This document shows, piece by piece, positions 22,701-34,300 of a stretch of DNA of 64,000 bases (positions are counted from its first letter, which is position 1; every line of letters starts with the position of its first letter). Both the position numbers and the translations under genes were made by a program. Origin of the DNA: Phoronis australis (taxonomy: Eukaryota > Animalia > Phoronida); assembly GCA_002633005.1 (NCBI GenBank), contig NMRA01000482.1, forward strand, positions 15,462 through 79,461, in the 5' to 3' direction. The notes beneath the pieces are model-generated. The model ran no database searches, was not told the DNA's origin, and worked only from the letters and a program-made list of their open reading frames with translations.

Positions 22701-25501
22701 CAATTTTGATATATAGCATTGCCACGGCTTCGAAATGCCATAAAGTTAAGACAAGATCCAACACTCTTCATGCCACGATGCTGATTGAGAAAATTTTATG
22801 TTTTAGTACATGATTTTCAGGCTAAAAGGAACACAATTGCATCTTCAAAATTTGCCTCAGTGGTCACTAAAACAACCCGGAGCAACTATAAAAATCCTAT
22901 TTGGAGTACCTAAGCTTTCATAACAAGCAGTCTTCCCTCTCAGAGGAATTTTCAAATGTTGACAGTTGAGGTGAAATAACTGGAACAGAGCTAAGCAGAT
23001 TGTGCACTTATGAACATAGCTCCTCAAATAAACATACAGTACAGTGTAGTTCAAGGTCTGTTAACGCTATCCATTGACTCGCAAGCTCTGGCCCAAACTC
23101 GCAAAACATAACTTATGCACCCAAAAATCGCAGTGCGTGGAGCCAAATCCACTTAGTCTGAGAGACATGGTTAACAAGACAGTAAATACAGAATATATGC
23201 AAAGTGTTTTGTCTGCAAATACAAGGACTGTGTTACACTCCATCAGTAATGTTTCCTAGCAGATGAGTTAGTGAGACAGTCACCAGTTTTTGAGTCAATG
23301 CGCAGTTTACAAGCCCACCGGCCCTGTTTATATTTGAGGCAATTTGCGCAAACCATGTAGTTACATACTCCTGTAACTATGGACAACTTGTGCAGTAAAA
23401 CTTCAGAGATGCAAAATTCACTGAATGCACAGCATTTTTATTTGTCTATGAGGTTTATAAGCAACCACAATACAACTGAAATAAAAATCTACTGCAACTA
23501 CTGTTTTGCTATCATTAAATGTTGATGCACTTAATCCTGGAACCAAGAATCTCAGAAAAAGGTTTTGTGTAACAACACTCCAATTCATTAACTAACTACT
23601 TACTAGTACTCTTTCTGTAGTAAGCTCAACAACAGTGGCTAACTTCTTTGGTAAACGCTTACAATTTCTGCATAGACCTGCAATAGAATTTTATGGAAAG
23701 TAGGCATAACAGAACTCCCAATAGAATGCTGTATTTTGAATCCCCAAATGTTTTCCCCAGTCTTGTTCATGAGGTTGAATGCTTCAGGTATTAGGGACCT
23801 TAACGGTGTTAAAACTTTAGCCATGTTAATTAAATTAGGCCCCATTGTAATGGGGTTCCACTGCATATTTGGAAAATTATGTATCTCTGGTTATACAGAT
23901 AGAGCAATGTGACCAATCAGAAGTGACTACAGGTGAATTAGATGAGAAATTGGTGTCAGCTAGGAGACAAGGGCTCGATTAAATCTTTTGATAATGGACA
24001 CCAAGTTTCCACTTCTTACACATGCGTATTCATAAAATGGAATGTATTTCGACAAACCCTAAATATTGAGATAAAGTGAATATTTTACTAATACAAGTCA
24101 GTACTGGAAGAAGTTACTAAAATTACTCTAGTACTCGAGTGTCGCTTTACTTCATGTAGGGTTGTGCCCTTCATGGCGACTGCAGTCAGAATCTAGTTGA
24201 GAAAGCAAATATAATAAAGTCGTTATCAACAGGTATAGAGTATTGATGACCTGCAGCTGCATAACAACTTACCTGACCCAACTGGAATCGATACATTCTG
24301 TTCTTCCAGAAATTCTTTGTTGACTGTATTTCCACTTACATTCCAAACTCAAGCTTGGCCTTGGGCTTAGAGCCTTTCTGATGTTGAAGGTGGGCACATA
24401 TCTTACTTTTACTTGGCCTCCATCTGATTCCATGCTGAGATCGACGATTTTCACAAACTGGGGGGTGGGGGGCAAACTTTTGTAAACAAGCCCACTCTCA
24501 CCCTGGCAAGATTCAGCTGCCACTTTCAGTTTCAACACTGTCACTGAACGGAACTGGGTCGGTGACTTTAACATATTTCAGATGGCTTGCTATGGACTTG
24601 CTGCAATCAGTTAGTGCTTCAATTGCTTGCTGCATGGTTTTGATATTCCTTTGAAGCTCCATAAACCAGATTTGAAGAATTATGACAACGAACACACTAT
24701 ATTAACTACTTCCACCACCTCATCAGCCATTTTTTCTTCAGTGATATCAGAGACACCTGAAGGGCTCTTCATCAAAAGGGTAATTCACAGTAAAAAAAAA
24801 ACAAAACAAAACAAAAAATAATAATTTTATAGAATTTTATTTGCTAAGAAATAATCCCAACAATTTAACAACCATTTGAGCACTTTTAAATCTCAAAACT
24901 CAACATTTTCGATGACTAGTAGCTATTGTCACAAGTGCTCACTTTGGCTGAGGTGGCTGCGAACAATTGCTCATTACTTTATGAAGACATGTCTTTGCCG
25001 GTGGTTTTGATGCCAAATATCTATTCTACTAAGATAGATCAAACCCACGATTAAGTTTCAAAGTGTAAAATTTGGCTTCAGCTGAGATTGACTCATTCAA
25101 ACCTGGGCAAGTTATCCATGTTTTCTGCTTGTATGACCCCATGACCCTTCAAACCCCAAAATGAGGAATTTAAGGTGCAACTTGACACTTTTATTTTTCA
25201 TTTTTAGGAAGACAATGGATGACTTTATACAAAACAGTAGCTATTTCATTTTCTAGTAGCTTCCGTAATTACTTACAATGTCACAAAAACTGTGATTATT
25301 GGGGTAAGTTCTGATAGTGGTTTTCAGTGAAAACTGAGGTACCCGACTTTTAAGCTACCTAACGCGATAGAATTTGTTTAAAGTGCATTTTAGTAATTAC
25401 CATAAGAAAGTAAACAAAAATGCATAATATGATCCAAATCCGTCACATAGGGTTTATCACCCCTGCATGGATTTTTGCCTGGTCTGAAGTGTACTGCACT
25501 C
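19782..25501. mobile_element. Kolobok-like DNA transposon derivative (5.7 kb) with long imperfect TIRs and TTAA TSD
   Basis: TTAA|GAG at 19778-19784 and CTC|TTAA at 25499-25505. Inverted blocks occur at matching distances from each end: gaccaggcaaaaa/tttttgcctggtc, ctatgtcacggattt/aaatccgtcacatag, atctcagctgaagccaaattt (~20180)/aaatttggcttcagctgagat (~25070). A purine-purine start plus TTAA fits Kolobok rather than piggyBac. Confidence 0.72.
21168..21460 (-). mobile_element. hAT-like GC-rich MITE (CAGGGGCGGATCCAGG family), nested in the Kolobok-like element
   Basis: ggcggattccaggagggggccaagggggccatgccc ... caaaatcctggatccgcc; it is the reverse complement of the element at 31191-31355. Confidence 0.65.
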
Positions 25502-26783
25502 TTAAGGCATTGAAACAACAGGGAGCTGTGACACAAGACATAGGGGGCCAGCCACTGACCAAATATAGAATCCCACTCCGACCGTGATCTGCCGGATGTT
25601 ATTGGTGGATGATGCCACGTTGCTTTAACCAATTTCCCTGCCCTGTACGGAACACGTTTTTACCAAAATTGGTACACTCTCGGTATTCGATGACGCAAGA
25701 ATGATTGAGGGCCACACTGAAGATGGCAAGATCCTGTCAACAGGCAAGAAGCGCATTTTTGCGTCACTTTTGAGCCTTTGTTACTATCTGGTAGCATGAT
25801 TGGCTTTTGCTTGTCGCATCACTGAACTACTGTAAAAATTTATGGGTACTCCCGTTCAAAGCGCACAGTTGAAACTTCGAGACGTTTGCGACTGCACTAT
25901 AAGTACATGTTCTACGTCCTTTGCTGTCGGTTCCTGGGTAAATAAAAGCCAAAAGCTCGCCAATGTTGTCGGGTGCATAATAAGTTGGCAATAAAAATAC
26001 ACTCTTTGCGAACGAAAGCGTACAGATACTAAAACAAAGACTTTTAATCTTTACGTTGTTTATTAAAAATAAACGCAAGTCAAGAATTGTTCAAACAAAA
26101 TGTCAGCTTGTGCAAGCAGTGAGGCAAATACCGAACGTCGACAGATGTTCTGTTCGGGGAAGACATACCTGTTGCCTTGATTACACGTAAGCACTGGCGC
26201 GGTAAGTGGCGTTAAAGTTCAGACGTACAGCATTGGTATTCCATAAAAAGCTAGTCGCCGAGAGTCCGATGTTCCTTCTGTGGACTGGGTATGACAGAAC
26301 TTGAGCTGCAATGACATGCGCGCATCCAGCCTTAGATATGGGGGGTTCGAATTCCCGACGTTGTGGACCATTTGCCAACAAAAGAGAGGGCGTTTGCGCT
26401 TATTAAGTGGACATTTTCCCCATTTTCTCGGACTTTTTGTTTGCCAATTGGAGGGCTCGTCCGACCACCCTCGGTGCGCGAGCATGAATGACGTAGGTGT
26501 CGCCTACTGTATTTGATTGGTCACCGAGCGCTTTAGTTGGGAAAATAAAGCAAAACCGACCCAAAATACCAACTTTGTAAATAACAATTGTTGCTCCGTT
26601 GAGTGGACGTCCAACATGTAGGACGGTTACAACTGTAGGGAACATTGAAACTCTAGGCTTATTGTATTTTACACGCGGTACCGCTATCGACGTGAGTTGG
26701 GTGTTAACGCGGGTTTCCCGAGGGTGACTATATGTCAGTGGTAGCAAGGGAGGGGGGAGGGGTTTTGCCATGTGTCCAGAAAG

Positions 26784-26797
26784 NNNNNNNNNNNNNN
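26784..26797. other. Assembly gap (N run)
   Basis: 14 Ns, flanked on both sides by gtccagaaag. Confidence 0.98.
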
Positions 26798-27199
26798 GTC
26801 CAGAAAGACCATATAGTATCTTTGCTGTATCTCGGGGTTCGTTTCCTGTGGTTTGGTCCATTTTGCTAGGTTGGTGGTTTGGCCCAGTCCCGTGGATGGG
26901 TATCATAGTATCCTCACGGTAATCACTATCATTAGCTTACAGTTTCCAGGTATGTTTAACTCTTGGATATATAACATAGCTCAGAATTAGAAGAGAACAT
27001 ATGTGCGTGACTTGCGAAAAGTAGAAATAGGTCAAATTCAAGTACTACTTCTAAGTGTCTCGATGAGTGACGAACACCGAGCCTCGATGTTTGTCAATCA
27101 TCGAGACTCTGTGAAGCTAAATGATTGGTAGGACCATTTTCGCTGGACGCACTGGCTGGACAAACTGAAAACATTGTTAGCGTTCGATGAAGGCTTTAG

Positions 27200-27430
27200 A
27201 CATCATCATATTCGTCATCATCGTCATCATCTTCGTCATCATCTCCGTCTTTTCCTTAATTTCGCCAAGTGTCGCTCAAGACTAGCCTTTTTCTTACTGA
27301 TTTCGGACTCCTACGTTCGTCATGTGTATGTTATTAACTTCTTTTGTTCATCCTCACCACCATCTTCGTCATATTCGTCATCTTCGTCATCATCTTTATC
27401 GTCATCTTTTTGGTTAATTTCGCCAAGGTT
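27200..27430. repeat. Low-complexity (TCA/TCG/TCT)n trinucleotide tract, duplicated
   Basis: Two blocks of tcatcttcgtcatcatct, each ending in taatttcgccaag, abutting the large gap. Confidence 0.75.
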
Positions 27431-27450
27431 CGCTCCTCGGAGCGCTTTCA

Positions 27451-27899
27451 NNNNNNNNNNNNNNNNNNNNNNNNNNNNNNNNNNNNNNNNNNNNNNNNNN
27501 NNNNNNNNNNNNNNNNNNNNNNNNNNNNNNNNNNNNNNNNNNNNNNNNNNNNNNNNNNNNNNNNNNNNNNNNNNNNNNNNNNNNNNNNNNNNNNNNNNNN
27601 NNNNNNNNNNNNNNNNNNNNNNNNNNNNNNNNNNNNNNNNNNNNNNNNNNNNNNNNNNNNNNNNNNNNNNNNNNNNNNNNNNNNNNNNNNNNNNNNNNNN
27701 NNNNNNNNNNNNNNNNNNNNNNNNNNNNNNNNNNNNNNNNNNNNNNNNNNNNNNNNNNNNNNNNNNNNNNNNNNNNNNNNNNNNNNNNNNNNNNNNNNNN
27801 NNNNNNNNNNNNNNNNNNNNNNNNNNNNNNNNNNNNNNNNNNNNNNNNNNNNNNNNNNNNNNNNNNNNNNNNNNNNNNNNNNNNNNNNNNNNNNNNNNN
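27451..27899. other. Assembly gap (N run)
   Basis: Continuous Ns. Confidence 0.99.
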
Positions 27900-28908
27900 A
27901 AATCCGCCACTGCACACGTTGATGATTATGAAACGGAAATCGAAAAAGTTTTAGCCTTGCTTACGACCAGATAAATTAATGGACCTCACAGAGGCGGAAA
28001 AACAATACTACCAGTGTGATGTGAATGCGCATAATTGTAGTCACGGGAAATAATAATAACATAATTATTTCCTTGATTGCTATCCGGTACTGCTGTAGCA
28101 GATTGTGTAGGAGGTTGGAGAATGTCTTAAACGTTCAAGTAAGGAAAAGTCGGTATTTGTGGTCTAATAAATTGTCGGCGTATTTTCCTGGACACTTTAA
28201 CAACACTAAGTTCCTCGTTCTGAGGAGTGCTTGTAAGTTGCAACACATGTGACACGCCGATTCAACGCAAATTGTGCTCGATTGCGAGTTGGTCTCGTTT
28301 GAAACAAATTAATGCCTGAAACCTCAGACAAGTACTAGTCTGTCTGAGCTGAAACTAAACGGGTCTACGACCCGCTACATTTGTACACGTCGTCATTTAA
28401 CGCCTATATACGATATTAATGCAAGCTCGAAGAGGGTCGGAAGTAGCCCTACAGAATGCAGAATGAAATGAACATCTGTCTCAGAAAACCGTACATGGAT
28501 TTTAGTTTCGATAGATGGATAACAATTTTCAAAAACTTCGGCTTTCTTTTTCAAAATACATGTAAATCAGCGTTTTGCACCCTATACCTTAGTTATTACC
28601 CTGAATATAAGGTCATGACGTTATATAAATGTCATTTGCATTCTGGTGTGTGTTTAGCTAGTGTTCGCCATTTTGTAATTGTTGTCTTTTTTATTAAACA
28701 CTTTTATGGAATGCTAATAGCCAAGGCCATCTTAGACATAACTTAACCCAGTCGGTTTCGCTTGTGCAAGCTGAAAATACTACTGAGTTCCTGCAGTGAC
28801 TGTATTGACTTCTTGAAGGTCATGTGTGTTGATACTCAGCGGCTGGATTATATAAGTATTGCTGTTACCGGCCACTGGATAACATGGAATTAAACATATA
28901 ACACATAA

Positions 28909-28978
28909 GGCAATGACTATCGCCTCTGCTGGCCCCACCAGTTGACTGGTAGGGCCAGCAGAGACGATGGCCATTGCC
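28909..28978. mobile_element. 70-bp palindromic PIF/Harbinger (Tourist-like) micro-MITE
   Basis: TAA|GGCAATG...CATTGCC|TAA. 33-bp inverted arms (4 transition mismatches) surround a 4-nt spacer. The TAA TSD and GGC terminus match PIF/Harbinger. Confidence 0.75.
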
Positions 28979-29789
28979 TAATAAGTGATGTGATGCCGAA
29001 GGGGACCAATTTGTAACCATTTGGTGGGAGGGCCAGCCTTCGTTGCTGCGGAGTCACTCAACGTCATGTTTATAGTGACCGCTATCACGAACCAGCGGAA
29101 TAGATCGTAACCGTCTAGTCTCTAGTATGCTAGTCCATCCCATACATCGCCTAATACCAGTGGCAATCAGACAGAACCACGGATACAATGGTAATCATGC
29201 GCCGAGAATCATCGTGATCATTCCTCGAACTCGGTCAGAAGGAAATCCGGAATTGGGCACACGGCATGCGTACAACGTGAAACACCTGCTAAGTATTTTT
29301 TTTTTTAATAACGTGAAGTCTGGGTTGTTTTGCTATTTAGTGTATTGCTATTTTCGCTAAATATTCGTAATACGTAACGATCACGTGACCCAATCATTGA
29401 CAGGTTGGTCACTATGGTAAAACATCAGTGTTACTGATATCTTAATAAATACTTTACAGTGTTAATTTCTACACTTTCCACATAGTTTTGCTTAATGCGC
29501 AGGTCAGTTGATCAAAAGACTCACCTTAAAAGGACAATGAAACCTTGAACTCAGTTATATATGTTGATTTAGGTCACGGTCGCATGTTGTTGGGGGTTTG
29601 CCGTGAACTGACAGATATAATTGCTTCAGACCACGCCCACAGAAGTTGGCTGTCACTGGCACTTATAGTGTCAGTATGTGAGATAATGCGGCCATCAGGA
29701 GATAATTCTATACATTTTTTTTAAATTAATATCAATTTAAACATTACAATAAGAACGCGATGACGATGACATGGCAATGATGTTTAATA

Positions 29790-30850
29790 CACCTGTGTCT
29801 TTGAACTCGAAATCGTACTCAAATTCATTTTTTCGCGTAATCCGTACTATTTCTGTGCGAATTCAAGATAAGTGCGACTAGAGTAGTCATCCCAAAATGG
29901 GAATACGCAATCGTTTCTTCAAAATAAAGCTATTTACCAAATTTCTTAAAAAGCTGTCAAGGACTAGAACTTCAGAAAAACAGAAAAAAACGAAATTGCC
30001 ACTAAGGGGCACAGTGTTTGCTGGATTCGTCTAAAAGTCGTTCTCGTTCGTCAACTTCTTATAAATACACTTGCTAAATTTAATAAAGATAATACATCAG
30101 ATTCAAAAAATGCACCTATGAGCGCAAAAAAATTAAAACGGCCACTAGAAGGCTCCACGGCAGTCGAAGTCTTCGGAAACTTTAATCGTCGTGAGAGACC
30201 GTCCGGAGTTGGTATATGGTGCAACCCGGGACGGTCTGGGGTCTACAGAAAACCACAGTTCAACTGTGAGTCTACACCAATGTGATAAACGAGAGTAGTT
30301 CTACTTGCTGCGCCAGCTGCTAGTATGCTTATCTTTTTTATGACACACAATGTGTGACTGGGCAAAGCGTTTTCAAAATAATGTGGATAAATCAGTGAAG
30401 TGTGAGACCCCTGAGGTCCCTGTCAAGTGGTCACGGCAATTTTACGTTAAATCATCGTCATCCTCCCTCTTCACACTAAGAACATATACATGTAATCCCT
30501 AGAGTGGTTTGGTTGATAGAGGATGAGACGTCAAAAGCAGACACGAAAACAGTAAAAATGGCACACTCGGTGGCGCAAAATATCTCGAATCCGTCAAAAA
30601 CGAGAGGATAGTGTCATCTCACTAATTCCTCCATGCCAAATTTTATGAAAATCCGTTAAGATAGAGAGGTAAACGTACAAAAATAAAACTGCCACTAGAG
30701 GGCACACCAATAGTCGTATCCGTCCGAAAGTTCGCTCCTGCCGCCCCATTCACGAAAGGAACACATGTTCAAAATTTCATGAACATAGGCCTACATCAAA
30801 GGGTTTTGGAGATCAGGGCAGCGGACGCAGGACGGTCGTACAGTGATGAA
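29790..30850 (+). mobile_element. Putative Helentron-associated (HINE/pearl-like) element with diverged ~140-bp internal repeats, interrupted by another repeat
   Basis: Recurrent units contain gccacta(g/a)..ggc (29998, 30141, 30691) and aaattt(t/c)atgaa (30638, 30772), with terminal ggacg-like repeats at ~30820-30838. Boundaries are approximate. Confidence 0.45.
30292..30449. repeat. Dispersed ~150-bp repeat, copy 2 (copy 1 at 645-795)
   Basis: Shares gtgagacccctgaggtccc and the upstream blocks with 645-795. Confidence 0.7.
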
Positions 30851-31190
30851 GGCTTAATGCGTTCACATATCAACATATGCAGGCTGACATAAAATAATCT
30901 TTAGTTCCATTTTGAGTACTAAGATAAGACCAAGAATATGATTTAGACATATGTAACTAGGCGCAAAAGACTAAATCTCTCCAACATCATCTGATATAAT
31001 AATGTCAACTCGAAGAGCGCACTTTCAATTGTCCAGCTAATAAACTTCTGTATGTGAATTTAAAGTTAATGAAGTCAGTTTACACTGTTTGGATACTCTG
31101 GGACAAAACTTATTTGTGCTCTTGAGCTTGCTTACGTTTATTTACAGTCACACAAATTGCGCTGGTGTGTAAGTTGTACTGGAATAATTT

Positions 31191-31355
31191 CAGGGGCGGA
31201 TCCAGGATTTTGAGTTGGGGGGGGGGCGGCAGGGCAGAGTATTAGCCACGATTATCATGGCCGTCAGTCATTCTCACCCCCGAACTGCCAAATGGAATAT
31301 AGGAGAAATTTAGGAGGCATGGCCCCCTTGGCCCCCCTCTATAAATCCACCTCTG
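31191..31355 (+). mobile_element. hAT-like GC-rich MITE (CAGGGGCGGATCCAGG family)
   Basis: caggggcggatccaggattttgagttggg ... ggcatggcccccttggccccc..aaatccacctctg; imperfect TIR; aattt on both flanks. Confidence 0.7.
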
Positions 31356-34300
31356 AATTTGGTTAGGGTTTTAGAAGATGATATAGCATGAACTGCTTCG
31401 CAGGCGTATATGATCTTCCAGTGCGTCGTATAGTTACAATGAAGTGCCTGGAATTTCCCTGACTGACGCCTTGGCAAAAATAGTCTACCGTCACAAGCCA
31501 GTTAAAGGCCGACTCATAAACCTTAATTGTTCCCGGGTGTATTAAAAACATTGTTTCTACAGAACAAGATTTACGGTCCGATTTTGTAACAGTGAACGGC
31601 TCAAATAAAAATTGGCGGAAGTTTATTGCAGTACATTACACTGAGACATTTTCACGAAAGACGTCGCTCTACTAGCCAAGTTCAAAAACGCGTTTTTTTC
31701 GGATACATACAGTGCTTGAGCTCAAGTGCGTGGAGATAAATGTACGGTTAATTAAGCCACAGCACAGTCACCCTCGCTTCCGAGGAGCACTGTCACTCGT
31801 TTGTCAAACGAGGCCAAACTTGCACGGAACTGAAATTTAGAGCGGTCACAGCACATTGCATTCCTCGCCGCTTCAGACAGGTTCTGACGAATCATGCGTT
31901 GCTTCGGTAACGAAGAAAATATTCAAAACATCTTTGTCGGTTGAACACTCACGTACAGCCCAAATTGGCCAAGACATCGGGGGAAAGTTGCAACTAGGAC
32001 ACACACCTTCATGAATTACGTAATGACATGCTAACAAGAGCGCCCTGTCAAAACACACCCAGTCGACAACATAGCCAAGATATTATACAGCATCTTTGAG
32101 CATAGTCTGAAGTCGATCACTTCACGTGGTTCTTGTTTAGTATTTATTTACCATGACTTGCAAAAACTAGTGTGACATTATATCTGAGGATAAGTTAAGG
32201 GTTGCAATTTGCATCATCGCTCATCAGCGGGATCAAATTACCAGGCTGTGCGTTGAGAGATGTAATTGAAATTGCAAAAAACGAAAATAGGCGACTAGAC
32301 TCAGAATGACCCTCTTTGTGTTTGAGAACAAACCAATGAACTCCCACGATTGTTAGTGAAGCCCCCTGTTACGAGTTGCGACACTGTTGCTAAAACAAAT
32401 ACGCAAAGTCTTTCATTGTTTAGTCTACGGTCCTTAGACATCCACAAAATAGCAAAAGGGCAAATCACATTCCCGAAAAGAAAAAGGCGTTGCTATGGAA
32501 TTCAAAAAAAAAACGATACATGATAGATGTCGGAAAGCGAAATGTCAGCTCGACGATGATAACAACGTCCAGTTTTCACTCAACTAATATTTAGCGCGTA
32601 CTAGTTTTGAATGAGAAAGCATTCACAAAATTATTTATTTGCACATTGAACCACCACTCTCTTTTACAATTAGTCACAAAAATATTTCGGCCTCAGTGAT
32701 TACACAAGATAAGCTTGGACTAAATTATAATCTAATTCACCGATTCATGTTCATTAAATTAACAGTTATTACGTAAAAGACTCGTTTCTCGAAGAATCTA
32801 TTGGCTTATTTCTCTTTCGGCTAAAAATCACAACAGGCTAAGGCTGAATGTCAGAAAATTTCTCCACAACTCGAATTCAAAAGACACAAGACCGTAGTCA
32901 GCTAATAGACAGGGTACGAACTCTTTCGAGAAACGCAAAAGACGAAACAAATTTTGGTTATTCGTAGTGAGATATGTGACTGTTGGCGAAAGTCAAAAGC
33001 CACTGACTCTTCGAGAGACAGCAAGGCCCTGGCACTATTCACACATATACTGCACACAGGGACATTATTCAACCGATCGATACTTTCATAATGGCAAGAT
33101 TGTAAATAGGGGAAGATGTGACGAAATAATTCCACATCCATTCACTCTCAGCCAGACTTAATATTAACATCTGCCAACTAACCGGCAACTGGAAATGCAA
33201 TTAAATACGGAATTAAGTTGTAATTGTGATCTCAATTACCTGCCCACGTGACTGTGTAGGTTAGTAGTTATTTTTGGCAAAGTTTCCTTCCGCAAATACA
33301 AGAGATGGCAAGAAACTGGCCGGACGAACAGGGGCACACCAAGTAAACCCTCGTCAATATTACTGTGGCTTGTTGCACAAACAAGTAGCCCCGTTGATTC
33401 CTGTTCGTTTCACATTTCCCCCGGAAACCAAAAACGCAGCAGATAATTACTATATCTTATATTTCGAATTTCATAATGCAACATCAGCCAGTCAATTAAA
33501 CGTTTCGGGTGTAAAACACGAAGACTTAACACATCAGGTCGAAACGTCAAATGGTAATCAGCAACTAAGTGTCTAATGTCACAGAACAAACAGGATGTGT
33601 TAATTTTGAGTTAATTTTGAGTTCAGATATAGAAAACAATGTTTAGTCTGCCTGAGTTTTGAGTAACATAATGCATGCAGTGTTGGGTGCCAAGTTTAAT
33701 GGACAATGCAGATAAACAGTTCGACAAAAGTCAAAAGTAACAACGGCAGTGCACACGGTATTAAATGTACCGTGACAACAATACTGGTAGGATTGCCAAT
33801 GCTAATTTTTGACAAAAAACGCATCCCTAGATTTAGAAACATAGTTACAAGCCTCAATACAATTTGTTTGAATACAACATCAAACGTTATTTTTACAGTG
33901 TCCACTCAAGAACAACAACCCACACAGTGGTGCAGTAAACCAAGAGAGCAATCTACACCATCGTAGGCGTGCATGAAAAATGCAGTTTTATAACACCTGT
34001 CTATAAATACAATAAATTCTGTCGGTTTGCATTTCCTAGACAGCAAACAAAAGCCAGCAATTCGTAGACGCATCATCTTGCTTGGCGTCTGCGGAGATAC
34101 CCATCAACAAAGATATTCTAAAAGAATATTTGTTTTGTATCCAACAGACTACTGTGGACAACAGCGTGAATGGCCTCACTTTTTCATGCACCTTTGTTCA
34201 GACGCTAAACCCGATTCTACGGGAAAACGATTGAATTTCGGCTTCAGATTAAGAAAAGAGGATGGGGACTTAAAGAATAGTAGAGCCAAACAACAGCAGT

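Noticed and set aside
26160-26530. Promoter/first exon (CAG|GTATGT donor on the - strand, CCAAT boxes) for the decayed exons at 22-25 kb
   Set aside because: It lies outside the Kolobok-like TIR that encloses those exons; the linkage is unsupported without transcript data.
26774-26807. Direct repeat gtccagaaag flanking a short gap
   Set aside because: Most likely an unmerged contig overlap, not a TSD.
27174-27974. Long ORFs (155-266 aa), including an acidic D/E-rich peptide
   Set aside because: They are artefacts of reading through the N gap and a trinucleotide low-complexity tract.
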